Source: Hyaloraphidium curvatum SAG 235-1
Lineage: Eukaryota; Fungi; Monoblepharomycota
Assembly: GCA_025558095.1 (NCBI GenBank)
Contig: JAIVFI010000005.1
Coordinates: forward strand, 248,001 to 312,000
Direction of reading: 5' to 3'
DNA length: 64,000 nt
The translations under genes and the position numbers were made by a program. The notes beneath the pieces are model-generated. The model saw nothing but the letters and a program-made list of their open reading frames with translations. It was not told the DNA's origin and made no database searches. Below, piece after piece: positions 21,377 through 33,917 of the stretch (its first letter is position 1; every line of letters starts with the position of its first letter).

Positions 21377-22555
21377 CTATTCCTTTGTATCCTTCTGGAC
21401 ACTCTCGGCCGCTGCCATTGCCGCATCCATATCTCCAAGCGAAACTTCCATGCGCTGAGGCGACGGGCTCCTTCGCGCGCTCATTGCCGACACTTGAAGC
21501 TGCGCCAGGTATGAAAAGTGGGAGGCCAAGCCTTGCTTCAAAGCATCCTGTGCCTCCGGATTCGCGAGGGATTCGTTGACGCGCTCCAGAATGGCATTTT
21601 GCACGATCGATTGGGCGTCGATCGACGCCCTGAGGGCTACCGCCACTTTCCGCGCCCGGGCGATGGCCGAAGGCGGCAGGGTCGGAAAGCGCACGTTGGC
21701 GTCGTCCAGTTTGTCAATGCCCTTCTCGGCGGGCTCCAGTAGCCATGGATGCCGCAGCGCTTCCTCAGCGGTAGGGCGTTTCGTCGGATCCTGCACCAGC
21801 AAGCGACGAACAAAGTCCTTGGCCTCCTCCGACACCCCAACCCAGTTCTCGCCCACCATGCTGAAGCGGCCGTTGGTAATGGCGTCGAACATGCCGGATT
21901 CTTTCGGATGGGAGAAAGGAAACGTGCCAGACAAGAGTACGAAGGTGATCACGCCTGTAGACCAAAGGTCTACCTTGGCATCGTACGGCCTTCCACGGAG
22001 TAGCTCTGGCGCAGCATAGGCTAAACTTCCTAACTGAGTTCTCAGGAGCGTCTCCGGCGGCATGTGTTTGGCGAATCCGAAGTCCGAAATGCGCACGGCA
22101 TTGCTGAGCTCTTCGGGCCCGTCGTTATCAATCGTCGCGAAGAGAATGTTCTCGGGTTTGAGATCCCTATGCACGATCGACAGGCTGTGGAGGTGCGCCA
22201 CGGCGTTCAAGACTGAGCCGATGATTGCCCTCGCCTCTTCCTCGGTTAGAAACCCTTTTTCTGCGACCCTGGTGAACAGTTCCCCTCCCGCCGCGAAGTC
22301 CATTTGCAAATAGATCTTGCTCGCTGACTCGAAGACATTGTGGAGAACAATGATATTCGGGTGGGAGAGCCGGCGCTGAAGAGCAATCTCCTCCAGCAGG
22401 TGCTTCACGTCCTTGGGCTTCAGGATGGCCTTGTTGATCACCTTCATGGCGTACGGATGGCCCGTCTTCCGCTCCGTCACGTAGACAACCTCCGAGAAGG
22501 ATCCGCGGCCGAGGATGCGACCCCATTCGAAGGTTTCCTGCAGACTCAGGGCCAT
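21377..22555 (-). CDS. CaMK-family Ser/Thr protein kinase
   Basis: LGRGSFSEV, YAMK, HRDLKPEN, DFG, APE, DLWSTGVI; basic amphipathic C-terminal segment. Confidence 0.93.
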   Translation of the reverse strand: MALSLQETFEWGRILGRGSFSEVVYVTERKTGHPYAMKVINKAILKPKDVKHLLEEIALQRRLSHPNIIVLHNVFESASKIYLQMDFAAGGELFTRVAEKGFLTEEEARAIIGSVLNAVAHLHSLSIVHRDLKPENILFATIDNDGPEELSNAVRISDFGFAKHMPPETLLRTQLGSLAYAAPELLRGRPYDAKVDLWSTGVITFVLLSGTFPFSHPKESGMFDAITNGRFSMVGENWVGVSEEAKDFVRRLLVQDPTKRPTAEEALRHPWLLEPAEKGIDKLDDANVRFPTLPPSAIARARKVAVALRASIDAQSIVQNAILERVNESLANPEAQDALKQGLASHFSYLAQLQVSAMSARRSPSPQRMEVSLGDMDAAMAAAESVQKDTKE

Positions 22556-22719
22556 TCTGTCCGAGACGCAACAAAGGCCGAAGAAGCAAATGTAAATCGG
22601 TCGAGGTACGATTGGCAGCGGCGGGGTGCTCTGGTGCGGGCAAAAGCAGGCGGAAGGGAACAACCGCATGCTGGCCAATAAGGCAAGGGGTGACTTGAGA
22701 CTTGCGGCTACTGCTCACG

Positions 22720-23985
22720 ATGCGGCAACGGGCCCTGCCGGGGCTCGCATTGCTATGCGCAGCACTCCTCCTGTCGCTGGCGTCGCCGGCTGCGGGCCTG
22801 ACGTCGGCCTACAAGCTCCGGAAGCTGAATGAACGCGTCGCCGCGGACCCGCGGGCGCCCATTCGGTTCGACGGCAGGCTCTTTGAGCAGGTCACGTCGA
22901 AGCCGCGCAATTACAGCACCATAGTCGTGCTGACGGCGTTGTCTGCCGAGCACGGATGCGTGCTGTGCAAGTGGGACGACGCGTCGGATCCCGCGCTTCC
23001 CGCCTGACCGGTCCGCGGAACTCCAGGGACTTTGACAACGAGCTGAAGCTGGTCGCAGCATCGTGGAACGCGGCAAAAGTGCCGTCGCGGCTCTACGTGG
23101 GCTCGCTGGATTTCAAGGACGGGCGCGAGGTCTTCCAGAAGGTGGCCTCGCCTAGAGACACGGCAGTCTCCCTACTGACCCGTTTGCAGATGGAGGTCCG
23201 CTCCGTCCCTTTGGTCTTGCATTTCCCGCCGACGGAGGGTCCGCACGCAAAGCCGTCGGCACCCGATCGCGAAACCTACGACATGCAGCGGCGGGGACCC
23301 ACGGCGGAGGACCTGGCACGATACATCGAGTCGATCACCCAGACCAAGGTTCGCGACAAAGTTTTGGCCTTCTCTCGACCCACTTTGAGCTCCTCTAATT
23401 TGGGCAGATTACGATTGCTCGTCCCACGGACTGGGGCAAGATCTTCACCAACGTCGTCATCGGTCTCGTCCTGTTTGTCACCGTCAGCTTTGCTTGGCGC
23501 CACTTCGCCTGGGTTTTCACCCACAGGACCGTGTGGACGGTGCTCTCCGTTGGCTGGATTTCGGTGATGACGTCTGGGTACATGTGGAACCAGATCCGGC
23601 ACCCGCCGTACACGGGCGTGAAGGACGGCAAGCCCGAGGTGTTTGCCCCCGGATTCTCGAGCCAGTTCGTGCTGGAGACGCAGATCGTCATGCTCATGTG
23701 TAGGTGGATCTTGCGGTGCGGATGGAGCCCCGATTTATCGCCTCTTGGCCGCAGACGTCTTCACTTCCGTCTTCTTCGCGCTGATGGCGGTGAAGGCACC
23801 CGATATTCCTGACACGAGGAAACGTTACCTGACGGCGTATGTCGCTCTCGGGGGCTTCATCGGGATGTTCTCGTGGATCCTGCGCACGTTCCGCTTCAAG
23901 AACGGCGGGTGGGTGGACGACTCTCGAGTGTTTGCGGACACCACTTAACATACCGGTCATCAGATACCCCTTCAAGCTCCTTTAG
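22720..23985 (+). CDS. OST3: Oligosaccharyltransferase subunit OST3/OST6 (TUSC3/MAGT1 family)
   Basis: Signal peptide; PRNYS; CVLC; SGYMWNQIRHPPY; QFVLETQI; ends GYPFKLL; five introns. Confidence 0.92.
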
Positions 23986-24007
23986 GCGGGTTCGAATGTA
24001 TTGCCGA

Positions 24008-25735
24008 TCAGAAGACGACTCGCTTGAAGCGATACACTCGTTCGGTTCCGGCTCGAGAAGAATCGAAGAGGCCAACCTCGTCCTCGGATAGAACGATCAG
24101 CGAGAAGTCGTGGGCCAGCTCACGCCGACTTGAGTAGCCCCAGAGCGCGACTACCATTCGAGCTTCGTAGCAGCTGGCGTTCTGGAACTCCGGCGTTTCG
24201 TCGAGAGCGATCCGATCGCCGTCCTCGTCATCCGACTCCTCGTCGTTGCCGTTGCCACCAACTGGGTCCCGCCGAACAGAAACCGTCATGGCGTCGGACA
24301 TAGACGCTCGGAACACCAGCTCTCCCCGGGGATTGCGCATGTTTCCCGTAATTGACCAGGCACGCAGCTCGTAGTGCACGTCGCCCTCGCCCTCCTCCAT
24401 TTCATCCACCACAACACGATCCGCGGGGATAGTCCCGGGCTGTCGACGACGCGGTGGGCTCGGCGGGGGAGGCCCATCGAGGCGGGGAGGCAGATCGAGC
24501 ACGCTTTCAATGTCCACGTTGGTGTGTGTCGTCGTGGATTCGTGGTGAGACATCGACATGGCTGTCGACATTCCGTCGTCGTCGGAGTCCCGTTCGTCGT
24601 CCGCCTGCAGCAAGTTGACGGGGGCGAACCGGAACAGGAACAGGCCCAACGCTGTGCGCCCCTCGGTCTCTCCCTCCGGCCCAATGGATCCCGCCCAGAT
24701 TCCCTCGCGGGGCATGATTGGCGGCTCCGGGAAGATGTCGATCGGCTCCAGAGACTCGAGTTCGATCTTGGAAAAGCTAGGCGTGTACTTGATCTGGGAC
24801 GGTATCGGAACGGCTTGCGTGGCGTCGAAAGGTTGGAGGTAGAGAGGAAGTGACCGGGATTGGCACCCCAGCTCACACGAAAGGTGCATGGTCAGCATCC
24901 GCTTATTGTTGCCGCTCGGAAAGTAGATGTTCGCCAGCGACTCGACAACGACGGAGCTGTGGTCATCCAGCGATCCCACAAAGACGGCGGCGGTCAAGTC
25001 TTCCGGCATGGGGACGTTGGATTCGGGGTGTGGCCACAATCCGTAGCGGTTCGGCGCGTGGAACTTTGCGAAAGGCTTCAGCTGCGCGGCTTCTGCAGGG
25101 AACGCGGCGGTGCCCGTCGACCAGACGAGAGCATGAGCATCGCCGACGCCGCGCCTCAAGCACGCTGCATGCGCCTTGTCGTCCTCCAGCGAGATGCGGA
25201 ACACGTTCGCCGTGCACAGCTGCGGCTCAATCACATCCAGGGTCACGGCTCGCCGCACGGAAAGCGCTGCCTGCTGGAAGCGCCTTTCCAACGCGTTGAC
25301 GAACTCGATCCGCTGTCCTCGGATACTGCCGTCTTCAAACAGCGCGATCCTGAGCGCATAACCCCTGAAACTGGGCCAGTCCGCCTGGTAGATCCCGAGG
25401 TACGATCCGTACCGACGAAGCAGTGCGGCGTACAGCTTCCTCGGGGCTTGGATGCTCGCCGTGCCTGTGTTCGCGAGGGAGCGCCGGGCGCCCGACTTTC
25501 CGCTGCCGTCGACTGAAACGGCCAAAACGGCCTTTCCCTTGCCATCGACAGGAAGCAACGAATAACACGCGCGGAACTTGCGTATCCAGATGCTTCCCGA
25601 CTCGGGCGAGTCCAGGAGTCTGAACAGCGGCCCACCCACGAGAGAAAGGCGGTGCAGGTCCTCCAGCTCAAGCCATTCAAAAACATGCAGCAGGACGTCG
25701 GACGCAATGTTCTCTAGAAGCCAGGGTTCGCTCAT
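24008..25735 (-). CDS. F-box protein
   Basis: LENIASDVLLHVFEWLELEDLHRLSLV; C-terminal EGIWAG..ITGNMRNPRGE motif typical of a fungal F-box family. Confidence 0.75.
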   Translation of the reverse strand: MSEPWLLENIASDVLLHVFEWLELEDLHRLSLVGGPLFRLLDSPESGSIWIRKFRACYSLLPVDGKGKAVLAVSVDGSGKSGARRSLANTGTASIQAPRKLYAALLRRYGSYLGIYQADWPSFRGYALRIALFEDGSIRGQRIEFVNALERRFQQAALSVRRAVTLDVIEPQLCTANVFRISLEDDKAHAACLRRGVGDAHALVWSTGTAAFPAEAAQLKPFAKFHAPNRYGLWPHPESNVPMPEDLTAAVFVGSLDDHSSVVVESLANIYFPSGNNKRMLTMHLSCELGCQSRSLPLYLQPFDATQAVPIPSQIKYTPSFSKIELESLEPIDIFPEPPIMPREGIWAGSIGPEGETEGRTALGLFLFRFAPVNLLQADDERDSDDDGMSTAMSMSHHESTTTHTNVDIESVLDLPPRLDGPPPPSPPRRRQPGTIPADRVVVDEMEEGEGDVHYELRAWSITGNMRNPRGELVFRASMSDAMTVSVRRDPVGGNGNDEESDDEDGDRIALDETPEFQNASCYEARMVVALWGYSSRRELAHDFSLIVLSEDEVGLFDSSRAGTERVYRFKRVVF

Positions 25736-25858
25736 GGTTGGCGCTTCAATAGGCAACGCTTTCCATCGTCCATATGCCAGGTGCCATTGAGCCCCGCGCG
25801 CGCGCGATCGCGCAAAGGTTCAGTCTCCCTGTCTCCCGCCCCGCGCCAACCCTCTTCA

Positions 25859-27398
25859 ATGGCGCCTTCTCCCCACGCTCCGTACGGGGACGTTCCGAAG
25901 GATGCCCCGACGCGGCCGGACCTCGATCCCGGCGCCCATCTCAAGGTGCCGCCGACGCCGAAACCTGCTCCGCCAGAGTACAAACCGAGGGAGATGGGCA
26001 ACATCGGGCAAAACGGATTCACGCCGGAGCAGGTCGCAGAGTACCATCGCACCTTCACTACGCGCGGATGGAACGTTTCCGAGTCTGCTTGGTTTTCCTT
26101 TGTCAGGATCCCAGAGTTTTTCCACACTGCGAACATCTCGCGGGGAACAGGACCAGTACGCGAGCTGCAGAAGCGCATGGACCTCGAGAAAGCCATCGGT
26201 GCCCTGAAGAACGACTTCCCTGGCGTCTCTCGCACGTTCCCCGGCATCACACTCGAAGACTACGTGGATCAGGCCGAGATCGCGGCCTTCATCGTGCTAC
26301 ATGAGGGCAAGATCGTGTATGAACGCTACCCTCGCATGCGGCCGGAAGACAAGCACATATATTGGAGCATTTCGAAGACGACGGTCGGGCTTATGGTCGG
26401 CCTTCTCGAAGCCGAAGGCCTCGTGAACGTGCACAAGAGCATTGCATTCTACATTCCGCGTCTTAGAGGCACGGATTGGGAAGATTCGACGGTCCTGGAT
26501 TGTCTTCACATGGCATCTGGCATGGGAGGTCGGGAGCACGACGACCACGAGGACGGCCGCCTCGAGGGCAACGTTCCGACGAAGCAGTTCTATCAGGCAT
26601 GTTTCTTCACTCCTCGAGCTTCATTTTTCTCATCTCTGTTTTCCACGCAGTACTGCGCGACTTTTGGCATTATGAATGCGAAGCACACCCGCTCCCACGA
26701 CACTCTGGAGTTCATAGCCAACCTCAGGCGTCAGAAACCCGCAGGAGCCGCCTACGAATACAGCTGTGTCGACACACAAGTGTTAGACTGGTTGGTCCAG
26801 TGCGTTACGCGCAAGCCGTTCAACGAAGCGTTCTCCGAGAGGGTCTGGCGGAGGATCGGGGCGGAAGCGGACGCGCACGTTTTGCAGGGGCCGCTCGGCG
26901 AGTGCTGGTCGCCCGCCGCGGTGTGCTCAACGCTGCGGGATCTGGCACGGTACGGCACCCTGTTTACGCGGGACTCTTGGTCCGCCGTCTCCAAGGAGCG
27001 GATCGTACCGCAAAGCTTCCTCGACAAGGTCAAGACCCCTTGGCGTCCTCAGATCCTCGACCGTGGCTGGCTGGGCTACTACGGAAGCCGCAATATGTTC
27101 GGAGAGGAAGGTCGCAAGGACATAAGTCATTGCTCGTATCAGATTGACCTCGTTTGGAAGGATGGTGCCTTTGTCAAGACCGGTGCGAATGACCAGGGAC
27201 TCTTTGTTCACCCGGATCTTAACTTGGTACGTCCTAGAGACGCATGTAGTGTTCGCGGCCTGTGTTGACCACCGTTCGCTTCAATTTTAGGTTGTGGCCT
27301 ACTTTGGCGCCCACAACCTCTCGTCAACTCCGACTCAAACGTGGGGCCGGGCCATCGCCGACTCGGGCCTCTTCGGGCGCAGCCGTTCGACCCTGTAG
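25859..27398 (+). CDS. Serine hydrolase, beta-lactamase class C / 6-aminohexanoate-dimer hydrolase (NylB)-like
   Basis: SxxK (WSISKT), LHMASG, YEYSCVDT, TLRDLARYG, KTG; introns 26597-26650 (GC-AG) and ~27226-27290. Confidence 0.88.
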
Positions 27399-27408
27399 AT
27401 TGAGATGC

Positions 27409-28758
27409 TCACATTACGCGATTCAACCTGAAAAGAGAACCGAACGCGCTGGCCGTCGGAGCACTTGGTGGGGCAGACCTTGATTCCAAAGCCGATGGCA
27501 CACTCCTACCCAGACCTGCGAAATCCGGTATGGAAGGGTACAGTTCTTTGAGGCTGTTCCGAATGGCTGCAGTCCGATCTGTCAACATAGGCGGCAACTG
27601 CATGTTCGGGTCCGATTGGAGCTCCTCGACCACGTCGAGCAAACGGTGCAGCGATGCAAGGAACTGCCGCAACAGTCCGCTCAGCCCTTCCGTCTCCCCA
27701 GTCTGCGTACTTGGTTCCATTTGTGGCGACATGAGATCGGGGCTCGAGCTGCCGCTCTTTGCAGGACTGTGAAGCAGGCTCTCGATCAAGGCTTTCAGCA
27801 CTTTCTTCCATGACCGCCGCTTCTCGGTCTGCGTTGCTTGCTCCTCCGTGGGTGTTGCGGAAGTTTGGAGCTTCGATCGGCCCACTCGCAGAACTGCATG
27901 CCTGCCTGACAGAACGATGAAGCAAGCATTTGAGGAGCTCTGGAAGTCCAAGAGCTGATTCAGCAACCTTTCAAAATCAGCGTTTCCATGGCGAAAGCAG
28001 TCGTCCTCCGTGGGGAAACAAACGTCGTAGAGTAGTTCAACCGCTTGACCGAGGCGCGAAAGAGATCCGGCGGACTTTAGCGTCATTCGCCGTAGCTCTC
28101 GGCGATGGATGGCATTTCCAGGCGCATCTATCCTCGTCGAAGAAACCAGCAGATGGTAAAATTCCCGAAAGGTAACGTGGAGGTCCTCGGCACATCGCAG
28201 GATGCCTGCGAGAGTGTCGCTCCGGTTCGGGCGTCTTCCTCTGCGCGCAAGTACGCCACCGCGCCTGAACGCCGTTACTCCGCAATCATCTTCAGCTTCA
28301 CAGGTTGCATCAGGGACCGGATAAGCAGCCTTGCCGCTGGCAGAAGCTGGACTGTCTCGCACGGTTTCGACGCTCCCGACAAATGCACCGTTGTCGGCCA
28401 GAGGTTTCCACGTGCTTCCTGCAATTGGCAACACCGTTTGATGCGGAATTTCCATGTGCCTTCGCGGCAGGTCGACGATATTACCAAGAGCTGTCCCCAG
28501 GGTTGTCGCACCGAGGGCAAGCTTCACGGCCTCGGTCGCGACGGCTGCTCCCACGTCCAAAGCCGTCAATCCGGCAGAAGTACGATCTCCACTTTGTGCT
28601 GGAGGCGCCTCCGCCTCCGGTTGAACATCCTTGCCGTCTCGGCTGCCGCTCGGGGGCCCCTGTGCCTCGGCACAGGCGGGTTCCGGGGAAGCGGTCCTCC
28701 GCCTCGAGCGCAACTTCGTGGATCTTTTGCGGCTCGGAGGGAGCTCCATGACTTCCAT
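27409..28758 (-). CDS. Hypothetical protein (disordered N-terminus, helical C-terminal half)
   Basis: Uninterrupted ~450-codon ORF filling the gap between neighbouring genes; no recognised motif. Confidence 0.6.
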   Translation of the reverse strand: MEVMELPPSRKRSTKLRSRRRTASPEPACAEAQGPPSGSRDGKDVQPEAEAPPAQSGDRTSAGLTALDVGAAVATEAVKLALGATTLGTALGNIVDLPRRHMEIPHQTVLPIAGSTWKPLADNGAFVGSVETVRDSPASASGKAAYPVPDATCEAEDDCGVTAFRRGGVLARRGRRPNRSDTLAGILRCAEDLHVTFREFYHLLVSSTRIDAPGNAIHRRELRRMTLKSAGSLSRLGQAVELLYDVCFPTEDDCFRHGNADFERLLNQLLDFQSSSNACFIVLSGRHAVLRVGRSKLQTSATPTEEQATQTEKRRSWKKVLKALIESLLHSPAKSGSSSPDLMSPQMEPSTQTGETEGLSGLLRQFLASLHRLLDVVEELQSDPNMQLPPMLTDRTAAIRNSLKELYPSIPDFAGLGRSVPSALESRSAPPSAPTASAFGSLFRLNRVM

Positions 28759-28896
28759 GTCGGCAGCAGGTCGCGTAAAGGAGTCGGAATTTCGCGAGAT
28801 CCGAAAGTTGAGCTCGACCGCCGTGCGCGTCGCAAAGCTCACGTCGATTGCGCCAGCACGACGCCGCCCTGCCTCCTGCCGGAGAGATGACTTCAA

Positions 28897-31800
28897 ATGT
28901 CGGACGAAGAAACGAGCCGCAGCGAGAGCGGGTCGCGTCGGAGCAGCGATGACCCCTCAGAGGATCGCGAAACGAAGTCCACGTCGGAGTCGGCCAGCGC
29001 GTCCGATGAGCGCTTGTCGTCGGAGGAAAGCAGCGCCGCAGCAGATTACGGCAATGCCGGGGCTTCGATTGCGCTCCAATCGGGACTCGGAGACGCGTTC
29101 GACCATGGACACTCGTCCTTTCGGGACCGAGGCCCCTCCGGCGTACTTCACGCCTCGGCCACATTTCCGGACTGGACCTTCGCGAGGTTCCGGGGAGAAG
29201 CACCTGCAGGCAACAGAATGGACGGAATGTTGGAATCCGTCCTCGATTTCGGGAAGATTGGCTCCATCTCTTTCGGTTTCCCGGCTGTTGCGACCTCGAC
29301 GGCGGGCGACGCACTTGCGACTCTCCTTTCGGACCCCGAGGTGCGCTGCGAACAACGTGCCCTGCAGCGGATGTTGATTCGCGCTGCAGGTCGTCTTGCC
29401 CGTTTCCTATGACCACCGGAGGCGCGTCGACTATCGGAAGGACATGTCCGCGTTTTCGGACTCTTTCGGCCGTCACACGCCGGTCAATGTCGCAGCCGTA
29501 TCCGTGGCCGTCGAGCTCCCTGCTGTTAAGATGACGCCTCGTCAGCGGGCTGTTTGGCCTAGGCCAGCCATACCAAGGACCGAAGTGTCGTCGATGGTGA
29601 GCTACTTCGACTTTCATTCCGCCCAAGCTAGACGTCTTCCAACAGATCCAATACTACGAGCACAATTACCGCGGTGTCTACATCCCACGCGACGTTCTCG
29701 AGGACCACGTCAAGGAAGCCTTGGCGGTGGATGCGGAAACCAGACGATACGATCTTGGATTAGGATCGTTGCTGGATATCGTGTACGGGGTGCCGTTTGA
29801 AGCATCGGATGCTGCTGGTGTCGTGTTGCGCGCCGAGGAGGGCGACTCGGAGGAGGAAGGAGATCGCTCGGACGAGCACGGGTATTCGGACGGCGATTCG
29901 GAGGCAAGGTTGCAACGGGCGTACACTCCGGCACTCAGCCACGTTCCGGACGAATCTGATTGGAAAAGCTGGCATTGGGCCGCATGTGCGACGGGAGACG
30001 ACTTTGGAGACATTCGTAGGTGGAGCTTCATGGTTCTCAGCATCGGTTGCTCACCCTCCGCTCTAGATGTCCACCCTTTCTTCTTCGCCGGCGACAGTCA
30101 GTTGGAGACCCGCATTGTACCCACACCCTACTTCCGTACCGGCCGGCACATCCGCCAGTTGCTTTGGGCAACGTTTCCGAACCAAAGCCCGCGGCTGCTG
30201 TACCGGGACCGGCAGAACATCAACTTCCTCACGCCGATTGTCTTCCGACCCAACGCGGTGGCGAAGTTGTACGGCCAAAAGCACGCCTCGCTCGCCGATC
30301 GGAGTCGGCGATTCAACGACCGCCCGCCTTTCGCGACCCCGACGGTGGCGACCTGGCGGTTCGAAGGGGACCTGCCAGTCGACTGCGATTTCAACCGCTG
30401 GATCCCGGGCGAGGTTGCCGCCGTCACGCAGAGGGGCAAGGTGGTCCTGCAGAACATGGGAGCACTCACGGAGGCGGCCAGCTTGCTCGGCTCCATGGGC
30501 AGCGCTCCGGGCTCATCCTGGATGTCGCAATGGAAATGCGCGCGTTTCTCGCCGGATCATCCTCGCATCGTCAACGTCGGAAGTGCAAGGCACGTCGGGT
30601 GGGTCGATTCCAGGGTACGCCTTACAAATGCATTGCTTCGCGGCCACGCTAACCCGTTCTTCAGGCTCCGAGATCGTTGCAGCACCACGTCTTGTTCAGT
30701 GCACCCACCTCGAACCGCGTCACGGCCCTCCATGCGACCTCGGGCGGACTGGCTGTTGCGGCAACGGAACGGGCGATCGCTGTCTTCGATCGACGCATGC
30801 CGCAGAGGGAGCTGACGAGCTGGACTCACCATTTCGGGGTGGGAAACCCGGCCGCAGCAATCACTCAGCTGAGCGTCGTTGAGGTTGCGGGAGCGGGTCG
30901 GAAAAAGGATGGTGGGTGGGCGCAATCTTTTCGAAGGACCTGCATAACCAGGCCGCGTTCAGAGTGGATCATTGCCGCATCCCGTCACTCTACTTCGACT
31001 TTCGTGGTCCCGTTCGGCACATCCACTGACAGTTGCTCCGCCTACTCCCTTGCCGACTTCCCGTTCTCCGTCCCCGGGTTTCGCAATAACGTGGACGCGC
31101 TCGCGGACCGACTTCCGGGGCGGCCTTTGGGATCCAATGCCAAGCTCGCCCGGGATCTCGACGAGCGCAAGCTCCTGCTCGGGACCTGCGGGCGGTTCTT
31201 TCCATCAATGGACGAGCGGCTTGTCCTGTGGCAGCTGGCCGAGGACGGGAGCATCTGGTGTTCGGGCCTATCCCTGGGCGGGCTGAACACCTCGTGGGAC
31301 CATCCGGCGGAGCACGCCAAGACCGAGGACGCTTTTGTCGCGGAGCAAGAGGATGCCCTCGCAGCCAGCACCGCGGAAAATGCAGAGGCCGAGAGTTGGA
31401 TGCACGCTCGTCGGACCGTGGACATGCGCGGCCTGCTCCAGCCGGCGTTGGAGACCATCGCTTCAGGCAACGTCGGCGCGCGGGACGAGGAAGAGGCCGA
31501 CGGGGAGGCCGACGGGTTCCCGCCCGAAGATCCGAGCGTGCCGCACACGCTCCTGGATCTCCTTCCTGTCCGGCCGGCAGAGTACGACGAGGAAGGCAGG
31601 TTCCTCCGGCCGGCAAGCAAGCACATGGTGATCAAGCGGCGGGAAGAGTACGGCATGCCTTCGGACGGACACAGGCTTTGGGCGCCCGACCGTCCGTCCT
31701 GGATCGGCGGGATCGACCTCTCGCAACCCTACACCGTCTGGGAGGATCTGGCCAACAGGTACCTGCACCCGGGCCTGCAGGCCATCACGGACGCGGAGGA

Positions 31801-32533
31801 GATCGCGGCGGAGCAAGGAGAGGAGGCGGACTACACCCTTGCCCGGTCGCTGCGCACCGAATCGGTCAACAGGATGGCGGGGGAGCTGTACCTAGGGACA
31901 AACATCCTGCTCCCTCCGCCGGACGACCGCGCGATGGACCTCGACGAGGACGACGGCGTGCTGCACAGCCCGATGCTGCGGGAGCCGCTGCAGCTGAACG
32001 AGGCGGCCAAGCTGCTCCGCGCGCAGTGGGGCCGCCCGCCGAAGCGCAACTACCCCCCGATCAAGGTCGATCCGCGCACCAAGCGGGCGCAAAAGGCGGC
32101 AGCCGCGGCCGAGAACGACGAGTGGGGAAGCGGCGAGGAGGAAGAGGTGGCGCCCGTGCGGCGGCGGGAGCGCAGCAAGAGCGTGGTCAGTGCGGGCGGC
32201 AGCCAGCGTGCCCCGAGCCAGGTGCCCGACGGCAGGGGACGGAGCGTGGGCTTGGACAGCCAGCGGGCCGCGAGCCTCGGGGTTGGCAGCCAGCGCGGGG
32301 CGAGCGTGGGCTTCGGAACCCAGGACGTTGGGCGCGCCTCGCTGCCGGCATCGCAGGCGCTTCCTGCGAGCCAGTCGGCAAAGGCCGCGAAGCAGGCGCC
32401 CGCTGCCGCTGCCTCCCAGATCAGCCAGATGCTGGACAGCTACCTCGCGAGCCAGGCCACGTCGACGCCCGTCGGGAGAGCATCGCAGAAGAACCCCAAC
32501 CCCAACAAGAAGCCCAGGCGGTCGGGCTTCTGA
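28897..32533 (+). CDS. RRN6: RNA polymerase I core factor subunit Rrn6/TAF1C
   Basis: Beta-propeller-like middle; FDRRMPQRELTSWTHH; SQ-rich tail ending KKPRRSGF; multiple introns. Confidence 0.78.
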
Positions 32534-32679
32534 GCTTTGACAGAACTGGATCTGAACTGAAAACTGGTCATTTCTCTCTCTCTCGTCCGATTGGTGGCCA
32601 TGCCAATAGCACTTTACACGAATACTTTCAACCGTGCCCACAGATCGCGCTCTCCGAACCTACGCTCCTTTCCCACGCC

Positions 32680-33770
32680 TCAGCTAGGCCCGTCCTGGCC
32701 GTACTCGTCGATCCACAGCAGGTCCGACAGCTCGTCCCAGACCAGGGACTGCAGGATCCGGTAGAACGGGCTGGTGCCCTCCATGATCTTGCGGACCGTC
32801 AGGCCCTTGAGGTACTTTTCCCACGACTTGCTCTCCCAGAGGTGGATGCCGAAGTTCTCTCTGAAGTCCCACGAGCTGCCCAGGAACAGCTCGTGCAGCG
32901 CCGGGTCGTCCCACATGGGCCAGAAGAAGCGGGTGTGGCCCAGCGTGGTGAGGATGTCGGGGCGGTTGCGCGACATCATGCCCGGGAGGCTGGAAGACGG
33001 AGGTGAGGACTAAAGGTGGCACGCGAGGCCGGAGACACCCACATGACGGAATGGTGGTTCCAGTCGCTCTGGTTGAACGACCTATAGCTGTCCAGCCACA
33101 TGTCGATGAATTCGGCGCCCTTCTTTGCCAGGATCACGGCGTTGCACAGGCCTATCCGTCCGCCCTCGCCCTCCTGGGCCATCACGACGTCGTGGCTCAG
33201 CAGCGGGTCGAACGGCCGCAGCACGAGCACGTCCATGTCCAGGTAGATCCCGCCGTAGCGCTGCAGCGCGCGCAGCCGCACGATGTCCGCGCGGTGGGCA
33301 AAGTGGTCCACGGGGTTGCCAAAGACCTCGGTGAAGGGCTTTATGGGAGCCAGCACGAGGAAGCGGCGGGCGTGGCGGAACCACCTGCTCGACGGCAGGT
33401 TGATGTGGTGGTACAGCATGGCCGTTGGCCGCAGGTGCTTGTGCGCGGCCTTGATGACCAGGTAGTTCACGAGCGAGAAGTCGATGTGCGCATCCGACCG
33501 CAGGCCGAAGACGAAGTGCACCACGCGCGGGATCGACTCGTTTGCGCACAGCGCCGGCGGCGTGTCGAGCGGCACGGCAGTGTTCGGGCAGCCGGCGATC
33601 GACGCGCACGGGCGGCGCCATGCCGGGCGCGAGAGCAGCAGCACGGCGTGCGCGAGCAGCGCGGCGAGCAGCGCGGCGCGCCACCACCGCGGCGGCCCGC
33701 GCGAGCGGTCCTTTGCCGACAGCGGCGGCGGCAGGCTCGGCACCGCCTCGCCGTTGCTAAAGTCGGCCAT
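32680..33770 (-). CDS. Glycosyltransferase family 32 (DxD), type II membrane protein
   Basis: IPRVVHFVFG, HRADIVRL..L.RYGGIYLDMD, LCNAVILAK, IHLW. Confidence 0.9.
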
Positions 33771-33917
33771 TGCCGGGCCTGCCTCGTCCACAGACGACGG
33801 GGTGCCGATCATGCATACCGCACCAACGATCACAACAATCCACCAGCGCTCTCGCGCTACTGCCGGAGCACGCCTCCGTGCCTCGCGGCCCGAATCAGTG
33901 GTCTCTGCATTTGCATC

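Noticed and set aside
27380-27398. C-terminal STL (and SVL at 63491-63499) as PTS1, and cryptic PTS1 by stop-codon readthrough
   Set aside because: Non-consensus tripeptides; no TGA-CTA readthrough context leading to an SKL-like end at the stops inspected
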